NCBI GenBank assembly: GCA_038913135.1
Contig: JBCLES010000005.1
Span: 12,216 to 76,215 of the forward strand
DNA: 64,000 nucleotides
From: Anaerolineae bacterium
GTDB lineage: Bacteria > Chloroflexota > Anaerolineae > Epilineales > Epilineaceae
Direction of reading: 5' to 3'
Part shown: in pieces, positions 1 through 10,213 of the stretch
Layout of the letters: every line of letters begins with the position of its first letter
Position numbering within the stretch: the first letter of the stretch is position 1
The notes under the pieces: generated by a model
The model's input: only the letters and a program-made list of their open reading frames with translations
The model's database searches: none
What the model was told of the DNA's origin: nothing
Translations under genes and position numbers: made by a program

Positions 1-520
1 TGTTCGCGCCGTGGGAGACAATACCGGCCTGCGCGAACTCGATCGCCGCGCCTCGAATTGTCGCCGCCGAGCCTGCCTCGTCTTCGATCTGAATCCCGTC
101 CCAATCGCCCGGGCTCTTCACGGGCCGATCGGAAGTGAATACGACATCGCCGGCGGCCGCCCCCTCAACCGAAAGCGTGCCGTCGACGTTCAGCCCTTCG
201 CTCTCGCCGAAGATGAGTGTGACTCCCGACGGGATGGTGAGCGTCGCGCCGGACTCGACCTTCAGCGAGCACGTAATCATGTGGTAGACGCCGGGCGCAA
301 GGCTCAAGACGCCGATTATCGAGCCGCGATCCGTCAATCCGCCCTCCAGGCAGAGATCCACCGGATCCTGGCTGGGCGACGAAGTGACGGCAGGTGATTC
401 AAGCCTCGGTGTCGAGGCGCGGGCCGGCCCGCCGAATTCGGTGGTCGTCGCTGTTACCAGCAATGCGACGCCGAGTGCGACGACGAGACGGCGCGCGCCG
501 TCGGATCGACATGCAGTCAT
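1..520 (-). CDS. secreted right-handed parallel beta-helix repeat protein (N-terminal part; continues past window start)
   Basis: Absent from the ORF track because it is truncated. ATG at 520-518 with GGAG upstream; that frame has no stop down to base 2 (173 codons). Translation MTACRSDGARRLVVALGVALLV... is signal-like, followed by GATLTIPSGVTLIFGESEGLNVDGTLSVEG..GDVVFTS..PGDWDGIQI, a beta-helix-like periodicity. Confidence 0.6.
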   Translation of the reverse strand, partial: MTACRSDGARRLVVALGVALLVTATTTEFGGPARASTPRLESPAVTSSPSQDPVDLCLEGGLTDRGSIIGVLSLAPGVYHMITCSLKVESGATLTIPSGVTLIFGESEGLNVDGTLSVEGAAAGDVVFTSDRPVKSPGDWDGIQIEDEAGSAATIRGAAIEFAQAGIVSHGAN

Positions 521-685
521 CAGTTTTCTTCTCCAGGTTCAGACGCGAAGCAGAGGGATCAATAAGAAAGAGTCCGCGATGCAGCCAATCATAGCGCCGC
601 CATCGGTGCGGCGACGATGGTACCATGGGGTTGCCACGGCCTTCAAGGCGACTCGGTCGAAGGCTGACCCGATCAGGTGGTCCCT

Positions 686-3600
686 TCAGGCAGCGTCCTC
701 GACCCTAAGGCTTACGGTTCGACTGGCGCCATCTTCGCTCATCGTCACGCCGTATACCGTGTCGGCCGATTCTACCGTGGCTCTATTGTGGGTGATGATC
801 ACTATCTGCACGAACTCGGACAGCTCTCTCAGCGCCGATCGGAAGCGGTCAACGTTCGCTTCATCGAGCGCGGCGTCAACCTCATCCAACACTACGAACG
901 GCGTTCCGCTGGCCTGAAGTAGTGCGAAGACAAGGGCGACTGCTGTTATCGCCCGTTCGCCGCCCGAAAGAAGCCCGAGCGGTTGAGGGCGTTTGCCGGG
1001 CGGCCGCGCGATGATCTCGACGCCAGAGCCGCCTTCCTCGTCGACCTCGATCTTCAGCGAGGCATCTCCGCCTCCAAAGAGCTTCGGAAACACGTTGCGA
1101 AACGCCTTGGACACCGTTTCGAAAGTGACTACGAATCTTTCCTCCATCTGGGAATCGAGTTGTGCGAGCGCGACTTCGAGGTCCTTTCTCGCCGCTTCGA
1201 GGTCCTCGAGCTGCACCTGCAGCTCTCGGTGGTGCTCGGCGGTCTCTTCGTATGCTGCCAGCGCCTCGCGATCGATCGCGCCGATTTGCCGCAGCTCGCG
1301 CCTCAGATCGCCAATCCGTCGCTCGAGGCCTTCCGGCAGCTCGACGATGCTCGAGATCACATCGTCGCTACCCATGTCGACACCGCTCTCTAGAATAGTC
1401 AACTGCTCGATTGTTCCCGGCGGGAGCTCGACGATCTCGCCGTCTGCCGTCAACTGCTCCGACAGCCTCTCCATTCGATCTCCAGCTCGCGACACCTGAA
1501 GCCTGGCTTCGGCCAAACGCGACTCGAGGCCGGCGGCGCGCCGTCGAATGTCCTCGAGTTCGGCCGAGCGCTCGCGATGAACGTCGCGTCCCGTTCGGAC
1601 GGCGGCTTCTCGCGCTGCCAGCTCTGCTTCTACTTCCGCCAGGGTGCTGCCTTCGACTTCCGTATGCCGGCGGTCGCTCTCTATCCGCACTACAGTGGCC
1701 TCGATCGCCTGATCGAGTTCGAGGCCCCGCCCTTCTTCGAGCGCCTTTCGAGCCGCCGATGCATCTGCGTCTCGCTTGGCCGCCGCCAGCTCGGCAGCGA
1801 GCCCCGCTACCCTTTGGGCCAGTGCGGCCGCGCGCACGCTCGTCTCAGCGACTCCTTCACGCGCGGCGGAGAGGTCGATGGACTCTACTGCCTCTCTTGC
1901 CTCGGAGATCCGTTGGTGGGCTGTCGAATTGCGATTCGCTTCTTCGCTCGCGCTCGTTTCAAGTTTCGCGTTCTGCTCGTCAAGAACGATGATCGCTTGC
2001 CCGATCTGTTCAAATGCTTCCACCGACCATTCGTGCTCCCGTGCCGCTCTTTGGTATGCCTCACGCGCCTCGTCGAGTGCAGCCGCATGCACAAGCCCCT
2101 CTCGCTCGGCCACCGATCGTTCTTCGACTCGCAACCCGAGTTCGGCCTCGGCATGCAGGCGCTCGGCCAGGTGAGTGTCGACAGCGCCCGCGGTCGACCG
2201 CTCAGCTTCGTCCATTGCCTGCAGTTTCGCGGGCAGCTCGCGGCGTTCCCTGGCGAGTGTGAGCAGCTCCCGCGTCCCTCCACCTACGATCACCGTGCCC
2301 CGTCTATCTATTCGTATGCCCTGACGGGTGACGACCACATCGGGTCCGTCGCTCGAATCGAGTGCAGCGAATGCGCTCGCGATGTCGGCTGCGAAGGCAA
2401 TTCCCCCAAGCGCAGCGCCGACTACATCCGGCGCGCCTTGCGCGGGGCGTACGATGTCGCCCGGCAAGCGCAGCATTCGTCCGACTTTGACCGACCTCTG
2501 GCCCCTTTCGCCATCAACCGCGACAAGGGCCGCTTCCGCGCCGGTCAAACCCGCCAGTGCTTCAAGCGACGCGATCAGCGAAGGCCGATCGGCGACCACG
2601 ATCGCGGACGAGAGCGTGCCAAGGGCGACCGCGACCGCGATCTCCCACCCCGCGTCGACCTCGATCAGCTCGGCTAGTGTGCCGAACACGACGGCATCAT
2701 TCGCAGCGCGAACGGCGTCGACAAGATCGGCTGGTGCATCGAGTTCCGAGAATACGGATTCAAGCGACTCTGCCCGGGCCACGAGCGCCAGCCGATCCGC
2801 TCTGGATTCTGAATGGCGCTCGCGCGCCTCGGTGAGCGTCGCTTCGGCCGCGCGCAACGCTGTTTCGGCTTTGGCGACGGCCTCTCTAGTCACACCGAGG
2901 CGCTCTTCGCCCATGTCGCGCTTGGCCTGCGCAGCGTCTCGGGCGGCTGTTGCGGCCGGCAGGTGGAGCGCCCCTTTATCTTTTCGGTCCTCGGATGCCT
3001 CCAACTCGGCCATGCGTGCCGCACGCAAGTTCTGGAGCCCGTCGATCCGGGCGGCATGAGCCGCAATCGAAGCGCCGAGCGCCATTTCCTCAGCGCGCAA
3101 ACGTTCTAGTTCGTCCAACTTGCCCTGGGCCTCGGCCTCGAGTGCCCGGAGTCGAGTCTCCGCTTCGGCGCGCTCGTTCAACGCTTCATCGCGTGTCGCC
3201 GCTGCTGAATCATAGGCCGCCTTCAGCTGCGCCAGTCTTATCACTTCTGAATCACTGCTCGCCTCTTCTCCGCGGTTGCGTTCGATCTCCGCTCGTCGCG
3301 AACGCAGACCCTCCAGACGCGTTGATTCGACAGCAAGCTGCTGGCGTAACTCGGCTAAGCCTGCGACGATCGCATCCCTCCGCGAGCGCAACGCCGCCAG
3401 CTCCGTCTCCGTTTTTTCGGCTTCAATTTCCGTTGACTTGACGCCCGACTCCGCTTCCGCGGCGCGTGCCTGAATCGCCTCGAGACTGGCGCTCAATTCG
3501 GTCTGAGCCAGCAGCGCCGTCGCGAGGACCGAACGCTCGCGATGATAGCGGTGCCCATACCATGTGGTAAGAAGGCCGGCGAGCTCCTCAGAAAGCTCCT

Positions 3601-4249
3601 TGTGCATCGATGCTCGTTCCGCCAACCTTGCCATTCTGCGCAGTCGCGGACCGATATCGGCAAGGAGATCTCGCACTCGGGTCAGGTTCTCGTCACAATT
3701 CTCGAGCTTCTTCAGGGTACGCTCGGCCTGCCTTTGAAGCGGGGCGATCCCCGCAGCCTCTTCGATCAAACCACGCCGATGCGAGGGCCGCATCGAAAGG
3801 AAGCTGTCGACGAGCCCCTGGCCGATGACCGTATAGTCCCCTTGGCCGAGTGCCCCGCCGATCAGATCCAGGACGTCTTGGCGACGAACGCGCGCTTCGT
3901 TGATGAAATAGTTGGACGCTCCGTCCCGCTGCACACGACGAGTGATAGCGACTTCGGCGAAATCTAGGCCGCCTCCGATGTCACCGTCGGAGTTGTCGAT
4001 CACCAGCGTGACTTCGGCTAGGCCTCCCCGGGCTCTGCGCTCCGTGCCCGCGAAGATCATTTCTTCGGCACTTCGAGCTCGAAGGGTGCTGGATCGGCCC
4101 TCGCCGAGAACCCAGCGAACGGCATCCGCCACGTTTGATTTCCCGCTGCCGTTCGGGCCGACGATCGCCGTAACACCGCCGGGGAACACCAGGCGAGTTC
4201 GGATGGCGAAGCTCTTGAAGCCCAGGAGCGAGAGCTCCTTGATCCGCAT
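686..4249 (-). CDS. smc: chromosome partition protein Smc
   Basis: MRIKELSLLGFKSF..VGPNGSGKSNVADAVRWVLGE Walker A head, long coiled-coil middle, C-terminal LSGGERAITAVALVFAL..VLDEVDAALD signature/Walker B. Start taken at the MRIKEL Met (4249) rather than the track start at 4267. Confidence 0.95.
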   Translation of the reverse strand: MRIKELSLLGFKSFAIRTRLVFPGGVTAIVGPNGSGKSNVADAVRWVLGEGRSSTLRARSAEEMIFAGTERRARGGLAEVTLVIDNSDGDIGGGLDFAEVAITRRVQRDGASNYFINEARVRRQDVLDLIGGALGQGDYTVIGQGLVDSFLSMRPSHRRGLIEEAAGIAPLQRQAERTLKKLENCDENLTRVRDLLADIGPRLRRMARLAERASMHKELSEELAGLLTTWYGHRYHRERSVLATALLAQTELSASLEAIQARAAEAESGVKSTEIEAEKTETELAALRSRRDAIVAGLAELRQQLAVESTRLEGLRSRRAEIERNRGEEASSDSEVIRLAQLKAAYDSAAATRDEALNERAEAETRLRALEAEAQGKLDELERLRAEEMALGASIAAHAARIDGLQNLRAARMAELEASEDRKDKGALHLPAATAARDAAQAKRDMGEERLGVTREAVAKAETALRAAEATLTEARERHSESRADRLALVARAESLESVFSELDAPADLVDAVRAANDAVVFGTLAELIEVDAGWEIAVAVALGTLSSAIVVADRPSLIASLEALAGLTGAEAALVAVDGERGQRSVKVGRMLRLPGDIVRPAQGAPDVVGAALGGIAFAADIASAFAALDSSDGPDVVVTRQGIRIDRRGTVIVGGGTRELLTLARERRELPAKLQAMDEAERSTAGAVDTHLAERLHAEAELGLRVEERSVAEREGLVHAAALDEAREAYQRAAREHEWSVEAFEQIGQAIIVLDEQNAKLETSASEEANRNSTAHQRISEAREAVESIDLSAAREGVAETSVRAAALAQRVAGLAAELAAAKRDADASAARKALEEGRGLELDQAIEATVVRIESDRRHTEVEGSTLAEVEAELAAREAAVRTGRDVHRERSAELEDIRRRAAGLESRLAEARLQVSRAGDRMERLSEQLTADGEIVELPPGTIEQLTILESGVDMGSDDVISSIVELPEGLERRIGDLRRELRQIGAIDREALAAYEETAEHHRELQVQLEDLEAARKDLEVALAQLDSQMEERFVVTFETVSKAFRNVFPKLFGGGDASLKIEVDEEGGSGVEIIARPPGKRPQPLGLLSGGERAITAVALVFALLQASGTPFVVLDEVDAALDEANVDRFRSALRELSEFVQIVIITHNRATVESADTVYGVTMSEDGASRTVSLRVEDAA

Positions 4250-4291
4250 GGCGCGGCAGTATACCACACCGCCATGCGCCGCTTATGGGTA

Positions 4292-4300
4292 TGCTATACT
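4292..4300 (+). promoter_or_regulatory. candidate extended -10 promoter (TGcTATACT) for the GT2 gene
   Basis: TGCTATACT lies 26 nt upstream of ATG 4326, with GGAGG at 4316-4320 as RBS. No good -35 element. Sits in the divergent smc/GT2 intergenic region. Confidence 0.3.
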
Positions 4301-4325
4301 CCGCGCCCCTGGCACGGAGGCGCAT

Positions 4326-5039
4326 ATGTCTGACGCCAATCCGCGCGTCGATGTAGTCATCCCGGTCTACAACGAAGAGCACGTGCTCGCCAATTCGATC
4401 GTTGCGTTGCGCGCCCACCTAGCGGAGAATCTTCCGTACTCGTGGCGCGTTGTGATCGCCGACAATGCTTCCGTAGATGGCACTCGCCGCGTTGGGGAAG
4501 CGATCGCTGCTGACCATCATGACGTCACGTACCTCTACCTTGACCAGAAGGGGCGTGGCCGGGCGCTGAAGCGCGCATGGAGCCAGAGCGATGCCGACGT
4601 CGTCGCCTACATGGACGTCGACCTGTCGACCAACCTCGACTCCTTCAGGCCTCTGGTCGAGCATATCATCGACGGCTCTCACGACATCGCGATCGGGTCA
4701 CGCCTCAAGCGCGGCGCCCGTGTTACAAGGCAATGGAAGCGCGAATTCATCTCGCGTGGCTATAACCTGCTGATCAAGGCGATGTTCCCGCGACGCACCT
4801 TCTCCGACGCCCAATGCGGTTTCAAAGCAATCAGCCGGTCTGCCGCCGACGCCTTGCTTCCTCTGGTCGAGAACAACGAATGGTTCTTCGATAGCGAGCT
4901 TCTGCTGCGCGCGGAACAAGCCGGGTACCTCATCGCCGAAGTGCCCGTCGAATGGATCGAAGATCTCGACAGCCGCGTGAAAGTAGTCGCGACCGCCATG
5001 GAAGACGTGAAGGGTTTATTGCGGGTCCGATTGTCGTGA
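4326..5039 (+). CDS. family 2 glycosyltransferase (dolichyl/polyprenyl-phosphate sugar transferase-like)
   Basis: [31 protein letters not shown] (DxD). Start set at ATG 4326 (MSDANPRVD) with GGAGG RBS. The longer track ORF from 3912 overlaps smc antisense. Confidence 0.85.
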   Translation: MSDANPRVDVVIPVYNEEHVLANSIVALRAHLAENLPYSWRVVIADNASVDGTRRVGEAIAADHHDVTYLYLDQKGRGRALKRAWSQSDADVVAYMDVDLSTNLDSFRPLVEHIIDGSHDIAIGSRLKRGARVTRQWKREFISRGYNLLIKAMFPRRTFSDAQCGFKAISRSAADALLPLVENNEWFFDSELLLRAEQAGYLIAEVPVEWIEDLDSRVKVVATAMEDVKGLLRVRLS

Positions 5040-5085
5040 AACTCTCGAGGCGCAGAATAGTGCGCGTACCCGTGGTGCAGGCGCC

Positions 5086-5598
5086 GTGCCGTTGACACAC
5101 ATCGACGCCGAAGGCAAGGCGTCGATGGTCGACATCGGAGATAAGCCGATCAGCGCACGCTCAGCGGTGGCTCGCGGGAAAATCCGGATGTTGCCCGCGA
5201 CAGTGGCCGCCATTACCTCGGGGACGGCTCCGAAGGGCGATGTTCTCGCGGCGGCCCGCCTGGCCGGAATTCAAGCCGCCAAATCGACTTCCGATTTGAT
5301 CCCACTGTGCCACATAGTGCCGCTCGACTCGGTGCGCGTCGACATTGAACATACATCGAACGACGGCTTCCTAGTCGTTGCCCGAGTGACGTGCACAGGC
5401 AGGACCGGAGTCGAGATGGAGGCCTTGACGGCCGTTTCCGTAGCGCTTCTCACGCTATACGACATGGCCAAGTCGATGGACGAGTCGATGGTTATCGAGC
5501 GAATCGAGCTTGTCGAGAAAGTGGGGGGTGTCCGCGGTGATTGGCGGCGAGACGACTTGGGCGGCGACTCATCGGATGTGAGCAGCCCGAATGGCTGA
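5086..5598 (+). CDS. moaC: cyclic pyranopterin monophosphate synthase MoaC
   Basis: [66 protein letters not shown]. Full-length MoaC pattern; GTG start. Confidence 0.9.
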   Translation: MPLTHIDAEGKASMVDIGDKPISARSAVARGKIRMLPATVAAITSGTAPKGDVLAAARLAGIQAAKSTSDLIPLCHIVPLDSVRVDIEHTSNDGFLVVARVTCTGRTGVEMEALTAVSVALLTLYDMAKSMDESMVIERIELVEKVGGVRGDWRRDDLGGDSSDVSSPNG

Positions 5599-6682
5599 GC
5601 TGAGCTTTCAAACGCGGGATGGTCTGACCGTTCCTGCGGAGATCTCGACTTGGCGGAGTTCTGCCGGAGAGACGCTCGAGTGCACTTCGCTTCCATTCGA
5701 CCCTGACTCGATCGAGAGTTCGGAGCGGTCGATTTGGCGATATCGAGCCATGCTTCCGGTTCCAGACAACGTAGCGCCGGTCACATTGGGCGAAGGGTGG
5801 ACGCCACTCGTCGAGGCGTCGCTGGTCGGCATTCCGATCAAGGCAAAGCTGGAGTTCGTCCAACCGACCGCATCTTATAAGGATCGCGGCTCCGCCCTGC
5901 TCGCGGCGATGCTCCAGCATTCCGGTGTGAAGAATGCCGTCGAGGACAGTTCAGGCAACGCCGCGGCAAGCCTTGCGGCATATGCTTCGCGAATAAATAT
6001 GCCGATCAAGCTCTTTGTTCCCGGCGAAACGGCCGGCGGTGTAAGGGTTCGCCAGGCGATCGCATACGGCGCGGAGGTCGATGCCGCGGCCACGACGCGC
6101 AGTGAAGCCGCGGCGCGAGCGCAGGCGGCGATCTCAGGCTCGACCGCCTACGCGAGTCATGTCTACAGCCCGTACTTTCTCGCGGGCCAGATGACTCTGG
6201 CTTGGGAGATTTGGGAGGACTGCGGCGTGCCGAACAGTATTATTGTTCCCGTGGGACACGGCATTCTTCTTTTGGGCCTGCACCGCGGCTTCAAGGCTCT
6301 GCTAGCGGCCGGCTTGATCGATACCATGCCACGGCTTTTCGGCGTTCAGTCCAGAGACTGCGGTCCGATCTACCATGCTTACATGCGCGGTGCGAAGAAG
6401 ACCTTTCCCTCTGTGTCGGGCAATTCCATCGCCACAAGCATCTCAGTCGACGATCCTCCTCGTGGCCGCGACGTTCTTGCGGCCGTGCGCGAGACGGGCG
6501 GTACGATGATCAGTGTCAACGATTCGGAGATCCGCAGGGGAATGTCGCTGGTGGCCAATCTCGGGTGGTACGTCGAGCCGGCGTCCGCAGCTGCGGTTGC
6601 GGGAGTCGTCAAGCTGGACAAGCTGCTTCCGGTCGACGGTACGGTGGTCGTTCCGCTGACGGGGAGCGGTCTCAAGCTATAA
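5591..6682 (+). CDS. threonine synthase-like PLP-dependent enzyme (Trp-synthase beta fold)
   Basis: [31 protein letters not shown] (PLP Lys)..DSSGNAA motifs. Overlaps the moaC stop by 8 nt. Confidence 0.65.
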   Translation: MAELSFQTRDGLTVPAEISTWRSSAGETLECTSLPFDPDSIESSERSIWRYRAMLPVPDNVAPVTLGEGWTPLVEASLVGIPIKAKLEFVQPTASYKDRGSALLAAMLQHSGVKNAVEDSSGNAAASLAAYASRINMPIKLFVPGETAGGVRVRQAIAYGAEVDAAATTRSEAAARAQAAISGSTAYASHVYSPYFLAGQMTLAWEIWEDCGVPNSIIVPVGHGILLLGLHRGFKALLAAGLIDTMPRLFGVQSRDCGPIYHAYMRGAKKTFPSVSGNSIATSISVDDPPRGRDVLAAVRETGGTMISVNDSEIRRGMSLVANLGWYVEPASAAAVAGVVKLDKLLPVDGTVVVPLTGSGLKL

Positions 6683-6762
6683 GGGACGCCCAACCACTTG
6701 AAGTCCAGTGCGAATCAAAACGATCGGCGAGCCTTCTTCGACAGCGGGGCTAGGAGCGAGCG

Positions 6763-7821
6763 GTGATCCGGAGCAAAGTCGGCAAGACATCACAGGAGAT
6801 CCGTCTCACTCAGATGGCGGCCTGTGCAGGGTGAGCATCCAAGATGGGCCCTGAGGCCTTGGCGCACGTGATGCGCCCATTATTGGACCTGTTTCCCCTA
6901 CAAGATTATCCCGATCTTCTTCTCGGGATCGAAGGCGCCGATGACGCTGCAGTCTGGCGAATTTCGGACGACTTGGCGTTGGTGGTGACAACGGATTTCT
7001 TCACCCCGATCGTCGACGACCCATATGACTTCGGTGCTATAGGCGCGGCCAACGCAATGAGTGACGTCTTCGCCATGGGCGGGCAGGTCATACTCGCTCT
7101 GAACCTTCTGGCGCTGCCTGAGAATCTTGATCCTGAAGTTGGCGCGAGAATTGTGCTCGGCGGCGCCGAGACTGTTCGAAGTGCGGGCGGTGTGGTTGCC
7201 GGGGGGCACAGTGTGAACGATCCGGAGCCGAAATATGGCCTGGCCGTAGTCGGCCGCGTTCATCCGGATCGGATTCTCAGAAAGTCAGGCGCACGTATCG
7301 GCGACCGGCTGGTTCTGACTAAGCCGCTCGGCACCGGCCTCATCTCGACCGCACTTAAGCGCGATCTTGCGGATCCCTCTGACGTCAGCGCGGCAATCGC
7401 CTCGATGCGCGCCTTGAACGCCGAAGCCGGTCGCTTGGCCGTCGAGCACGGCGCTTCGGCTGCCACCGACATAACGGGCTTTGGGCTGATAGGCCACGCG
7501 CTAGAGATCGCCGGCCGGAGCGAGATGCGACTGTGCTTCGACATCGATAGCATTCCGCTTCTCGCCGGAGCGCTCACAGCGGCTCTGGCGGACTGCGCGC
7601 CGGGGGGGACCGCCCGCAATCGTGAGGCATACTCGGCCGAGGTAACTGGACTCGACCTGCTTGCCGACGGATGGTCCGACGTGCTATTCGACCCCCAGAC
7701 ATCGGGCGGACTCCTGATCGCTCTTCCACCGGCGAAGGTCGACGGATTCCTCGACGACTTCGGCGGCGAAGCTACGTTGATCGGAGAGGTCGCAGCCGGC
7801 TCGGGCATCGAGCTCCGATGA
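6763..7821 (+). CDS. selD: selenide, water dikinase SelD (selenophosphate synthetase), predicted selenocysteine at UGA 6832-6834
   Basis: Track ORF 6844..7821 is clearly SelD (DDAAV..TTDFFTPIVDDPYDFG..NAMSDVFAMGG..GGHSVND..LTKPLGTG). The same frame is open upstream to TAG 6751-6753. GTG 6763 follows AGGAG (6752-6756). The extension reads MIRSKVGKTSQEIRLTQMAACAG-U-ASKMGPEAL, matching E. coli [21 protein letters not shown] with U at the Cys17 position and K at Lys20. Confidence 0.8.
6846..6877 (+). promoter_or_regulatory. candidate bacterial SECIS region (two small hairpins downstream of the selD UGA)
   Basis: Hairpin 1 at 6846-6859: GGGCC/loop CUGA/GGCCU, starting 12 nt after the UGA. Hairpin 2 at 6861-6877: GGCGCA/loop CGUGA/UGCGCC, starting 27 nt after. 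Both lie in the distance range expected for SelB-binding stem-loops. Which one is functional, if either, is unknown. Confidence 0.4.
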
Positions 7822-7836
7822 TCAAGCGCGCAGAGG

Positions 7837-8655
7837 ATGGGTGAGCACATGACGGACGTGCCCGCCGATCGCTCCCTTGACTCCGGCGAGGCGCTCCAGC
7901 CGATCGAAGCGCTGGAAGATCGTCTCGATATCCATTTCTCCGATCGTGCGTTGATCCAGTGCGCCCTAACGCATCGCTCTTACCTCAACGAAGTGAGCGA
8001 CCCTTCCGTCGAAGACAACGAACGTCTCGAGTATCTCGGAGACGCCCTTCTCGGCTTTGCGGTCGCCGCGGACCTATACGCTTCCATGCCGGATGCGCCG
8101 GAGGGCGAGCTGACGGCGCTACGTTCCGCGCTGGTGCGCGCCTCGGCGCTGGCGGACTACGCTCGCGAGCTGCAGCTCGGCGAGCATCTGCGCATGGGCC
8201 GGGGCGAGGCCACCAGCGGGGGACGAGAACGCGACGGACTGCTCTGCGACGCATTCGAGGCCGTTCTCGGCGCGATTCTTGTCGAGCACGGAACCGAGGT
8301 CGCTAGGCGGCTGGCGCTGGACTTTGTCCGCCCGGAACTTGAGGACGTGATCGCCAAGCGTCGCGCTAAGGACGCCAAGAGCGCGCTGCAGGAGCACACG
8401 CAAGGACGGTGGCATCTCACGCCGATCTACGAGACCGTCGAAGAGTCCGGTCCGGATCATGACAAACGTTTCGTGGTCAGGGTCCTCGTCGGTGAGGAAG
8501 AGTTTGGGACTGGGCGCGGAGCTTCCAAGTCGGAAGCGGCTCGCTCGGCCGCACGGATTGCGCTGAACTCGATCTCCGAGCGCGAAGTACGGGATACCGC
8601 TAGAGGTTCAACGCGAGCGCCAGGCGACGTCGACCGAACTTTGGAGGAGCATTGA
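7837..8655 (+). CDS. rnc: ribonuclease III
   Basis: ALTHRSY..NERLEYLGDALLG signature, DAFEAVLGAI, and a C-terminal dsRBD (GPDHDKRFVVRV..G.GRGASKSEAARSAA). Confidence 0.93.
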   Translation: MGEHMTDVPADRSLDSGEALQPIEALEDRLDIHFSDRALIQCALTHRSYLNEVSDPSVEDNERLEYLGDALLGFAVAADLYASMPDAPEGELTALRSALVRASALADYARELQLGEHLRMGRGEATSGGRERDGLLCDAFEAVLGAILVEHGTEVARRLALDFVRPELEDVIAKRRAKDAKSALQEHTQGRWHLTPIYETVEESGPDHDKRFVVRVLVGEEEFGTGRGASKSEAARSAARIALNSISEREVRDTARGSTRAPGDVDRTLEEH

Positions 8656-9215
8656 CCCCAACCGACGGCCCTTCTAGAATCGACGGCGTGATCCCAGATT
8701 CAGAAAAGCCCCTGTCGGTAAGCTCCGACGCCTTCCGCTCAGCCATGCGCCGCTGGCCGAGCGGCGTCACGATCGTGACGATTGTCGAAGGCGTTCGCGG
8801 GCACGGCATGACGGCGAGCGCGTTTACCTCAGTGTCCGTCGACCCGCCACTTGTCCTCGTCGTAATCGACAAGCGTTGGCGATCACACGCCTTGATCGAG
8901 AGCAGCGGTTCCTTCTGCGTCAACATCCTGGCAGACGATCAGAGGGAATTGTCAGACCGCTTCGCCGGCCGCCACGGCGAGATAGAGGATCGCTTCTTCG
9001 ATCTCGACACGGGCGTGGCGACGACCGGGGCGCGTTACATTAGCGATGCTAACGCGTGGCTGGACTGCATTGTCGAGCAGACGGCGGTAGCCGGGGATCA
9101 CTCGATTTTCATCGGCCGCGTAGTCGCCTGCTCCGTAACCGCTGGTTCAAGCGGACCGCTGATCTACCACGATGGCGACTATCGCCGTTTGGCGGGCGCC
9201 GGCCTACCGGATTGA
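8652..9215 (+). CDS. flavin reductase family protein (FMN-binding split barrel)
   Basis: FRSAMRRWPSGVTIVT..GMTASAFTSVSVDPPLVLVVI..SFCVNIL. TTG start overlaps the rnc stop (TTGA). Confidence 0.75.
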   Translation: MTPTDGPSRIDGVIPDSEKPLSVSSDAFRSAMRRWPSGVTIVTIVEGVRGHGMTASAFTSVSVDPPLVLVVIDKRWRSHALIESSGSFCVNILADDQRELSDRFAGRHGEIEDRFFDLDTGVATTGARYISDANAWLDCIVEQTAVAGDHSIFIGRVVACSVTAGSSGPLIYHDGDYRRLAGAGLPD

Positions 9216-9244
9216 TCCGGGCGGCCGAGCATGCGAAAGACGCT

Positions 9245-10213
9245 ATGGTTTCATCAGACACCGCAGTCGCATTGGACACTGCAATTAATTTGAACACTGT
9301 GTCGGGGAATCGGGGCGTCGTCCTCGTCTTCGTCGATGGAGTCGGTGTCGGCGAGGACGACGGCTACACCAATCCTCTAGCCGCGCTCGACATTCCAGCG
9401 ATAGATCTCATCTGCGGTGGCCGTCCGGTCTACGGCGCGACGGGGTCTGCCGCCGGGATCGATGCACTGCTCGGTGTCGCCGGGCTGCCGCAGAGCGGGA
9501 CAGGTCAAACCGCCCTGCTGACCGGCGTGAACGCTTCGGCAGCCATCGGAAGGCATTTCGGCCCGTACGCCAATGCCGAGTTGCGCGACATCCTTGAACA
9601 AGGTTCACTTTGGCTGCGCGTGCTCGCCAGTGGTGGACGAGCGGTATTCGCGAACGCTTACCCCAGCCGGATGGTCGCGGAGGCGGCAGCCGGCGGCGGG
9701 CGGCTGGGAGCGTTCGCACGCTCGGCGGCGCTCGCGGGTGTCAAGCTCCGCGGCCCGGATGACCTCACGGCGGGCAATGCTATCGCGGCCGACATTGTTG
9801 GCGGATGGTGGAAAGGACGCGGCGGCTTGCCCAGCAGAGCGGAAGATGATCCGATTGCCGTCGGCGAACGCTTAGCGGAAATGGCGCATCGGAGCACCCT
9901 GACCGTTTTCGAGTGCTTTCTAACAGACGTGGCCGGGCACCGGATGGATCGGGCGCTGGCTGATCGGATGCTGGTCCGGATCGACCGCATGCTCGCCGGC
10001 CTTTTGTCGGCTCTCGACAGTGACTATTCGATCGTGCTAGTCAGCGACCATGGGAACGTCGAGGACATGAGCCACGCAAGGCACACCGCAAACCCTGCGA
10101 TCTTCGGCTGGCACGGTCCGGGTCCAGGTCAAGACCGACCCATTCGCTCTCTGACGGACGTGGCGCCTGGGATCCTCGAACAGCTCTTCGGTTCGGGCTA
10201 CAAAAACTCCTAG
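9245..10213 (+). CDS. alkaline-phosphatase-superfamily metalloenzyme (phosphopentomutase / cofactor-independent PGM-like)
   Basis: LPQSGTGQTALLTG and VLVSDHGN metal-site-like motifs. Start set at ATG 9245 (MVSSDT), because the longer track ORF from 9056 overlaps the flavin reductase gene. Confidence 0.5.
   Translation: MVSSDTAVALDTAINLNTVSGNRGVVLVFVDGVGVGEDDGYTNPLAALDIPAIDLICGGRPVYGATGSAAGIDALLGVAGLPQSGTGQTALLTGVNASAAIGRHFGPYANAELRDILEQGSLWLRVLASGGRAVFANAYPSRMVAEAAAGGGRLGAFARSAALAGVKLRGPDDLTAGNAIAADIVGGWWKGRGGLPSRAEDDPIAVGERLAEMAHRSTLTVFECFLTDVAGHRMDRALADRMLVRIDRMLAGLLSALDSDYSIVLVSDHGNVEDMSHARHTANPAIFGWHGPGPGQDRPIRSLTDVAPGILEQLFGSGYKNS

Noticed and set aside
3912-4325. 5' extensions of track ORFs: GT2 from 3912; also 9056 for the metalloenzyme, 10919 for the secreted protein, 22231 for the lipoprotein, 47508 for prfA, 53500 for murJ2 and 60215 for coaBC
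   Set aside because: The extensions overlap neighbouring well-supported genes and translate to non-protein-like sequence. Internal starts with RBS or stop-start overlap fit family N-termini better.
5040-5085. Possible Moco riboswitch upstream of moaC
   Set aside because: The intergenic gap is only 46 nt, far too short for the roughly 130-nt Moco RNA motif.
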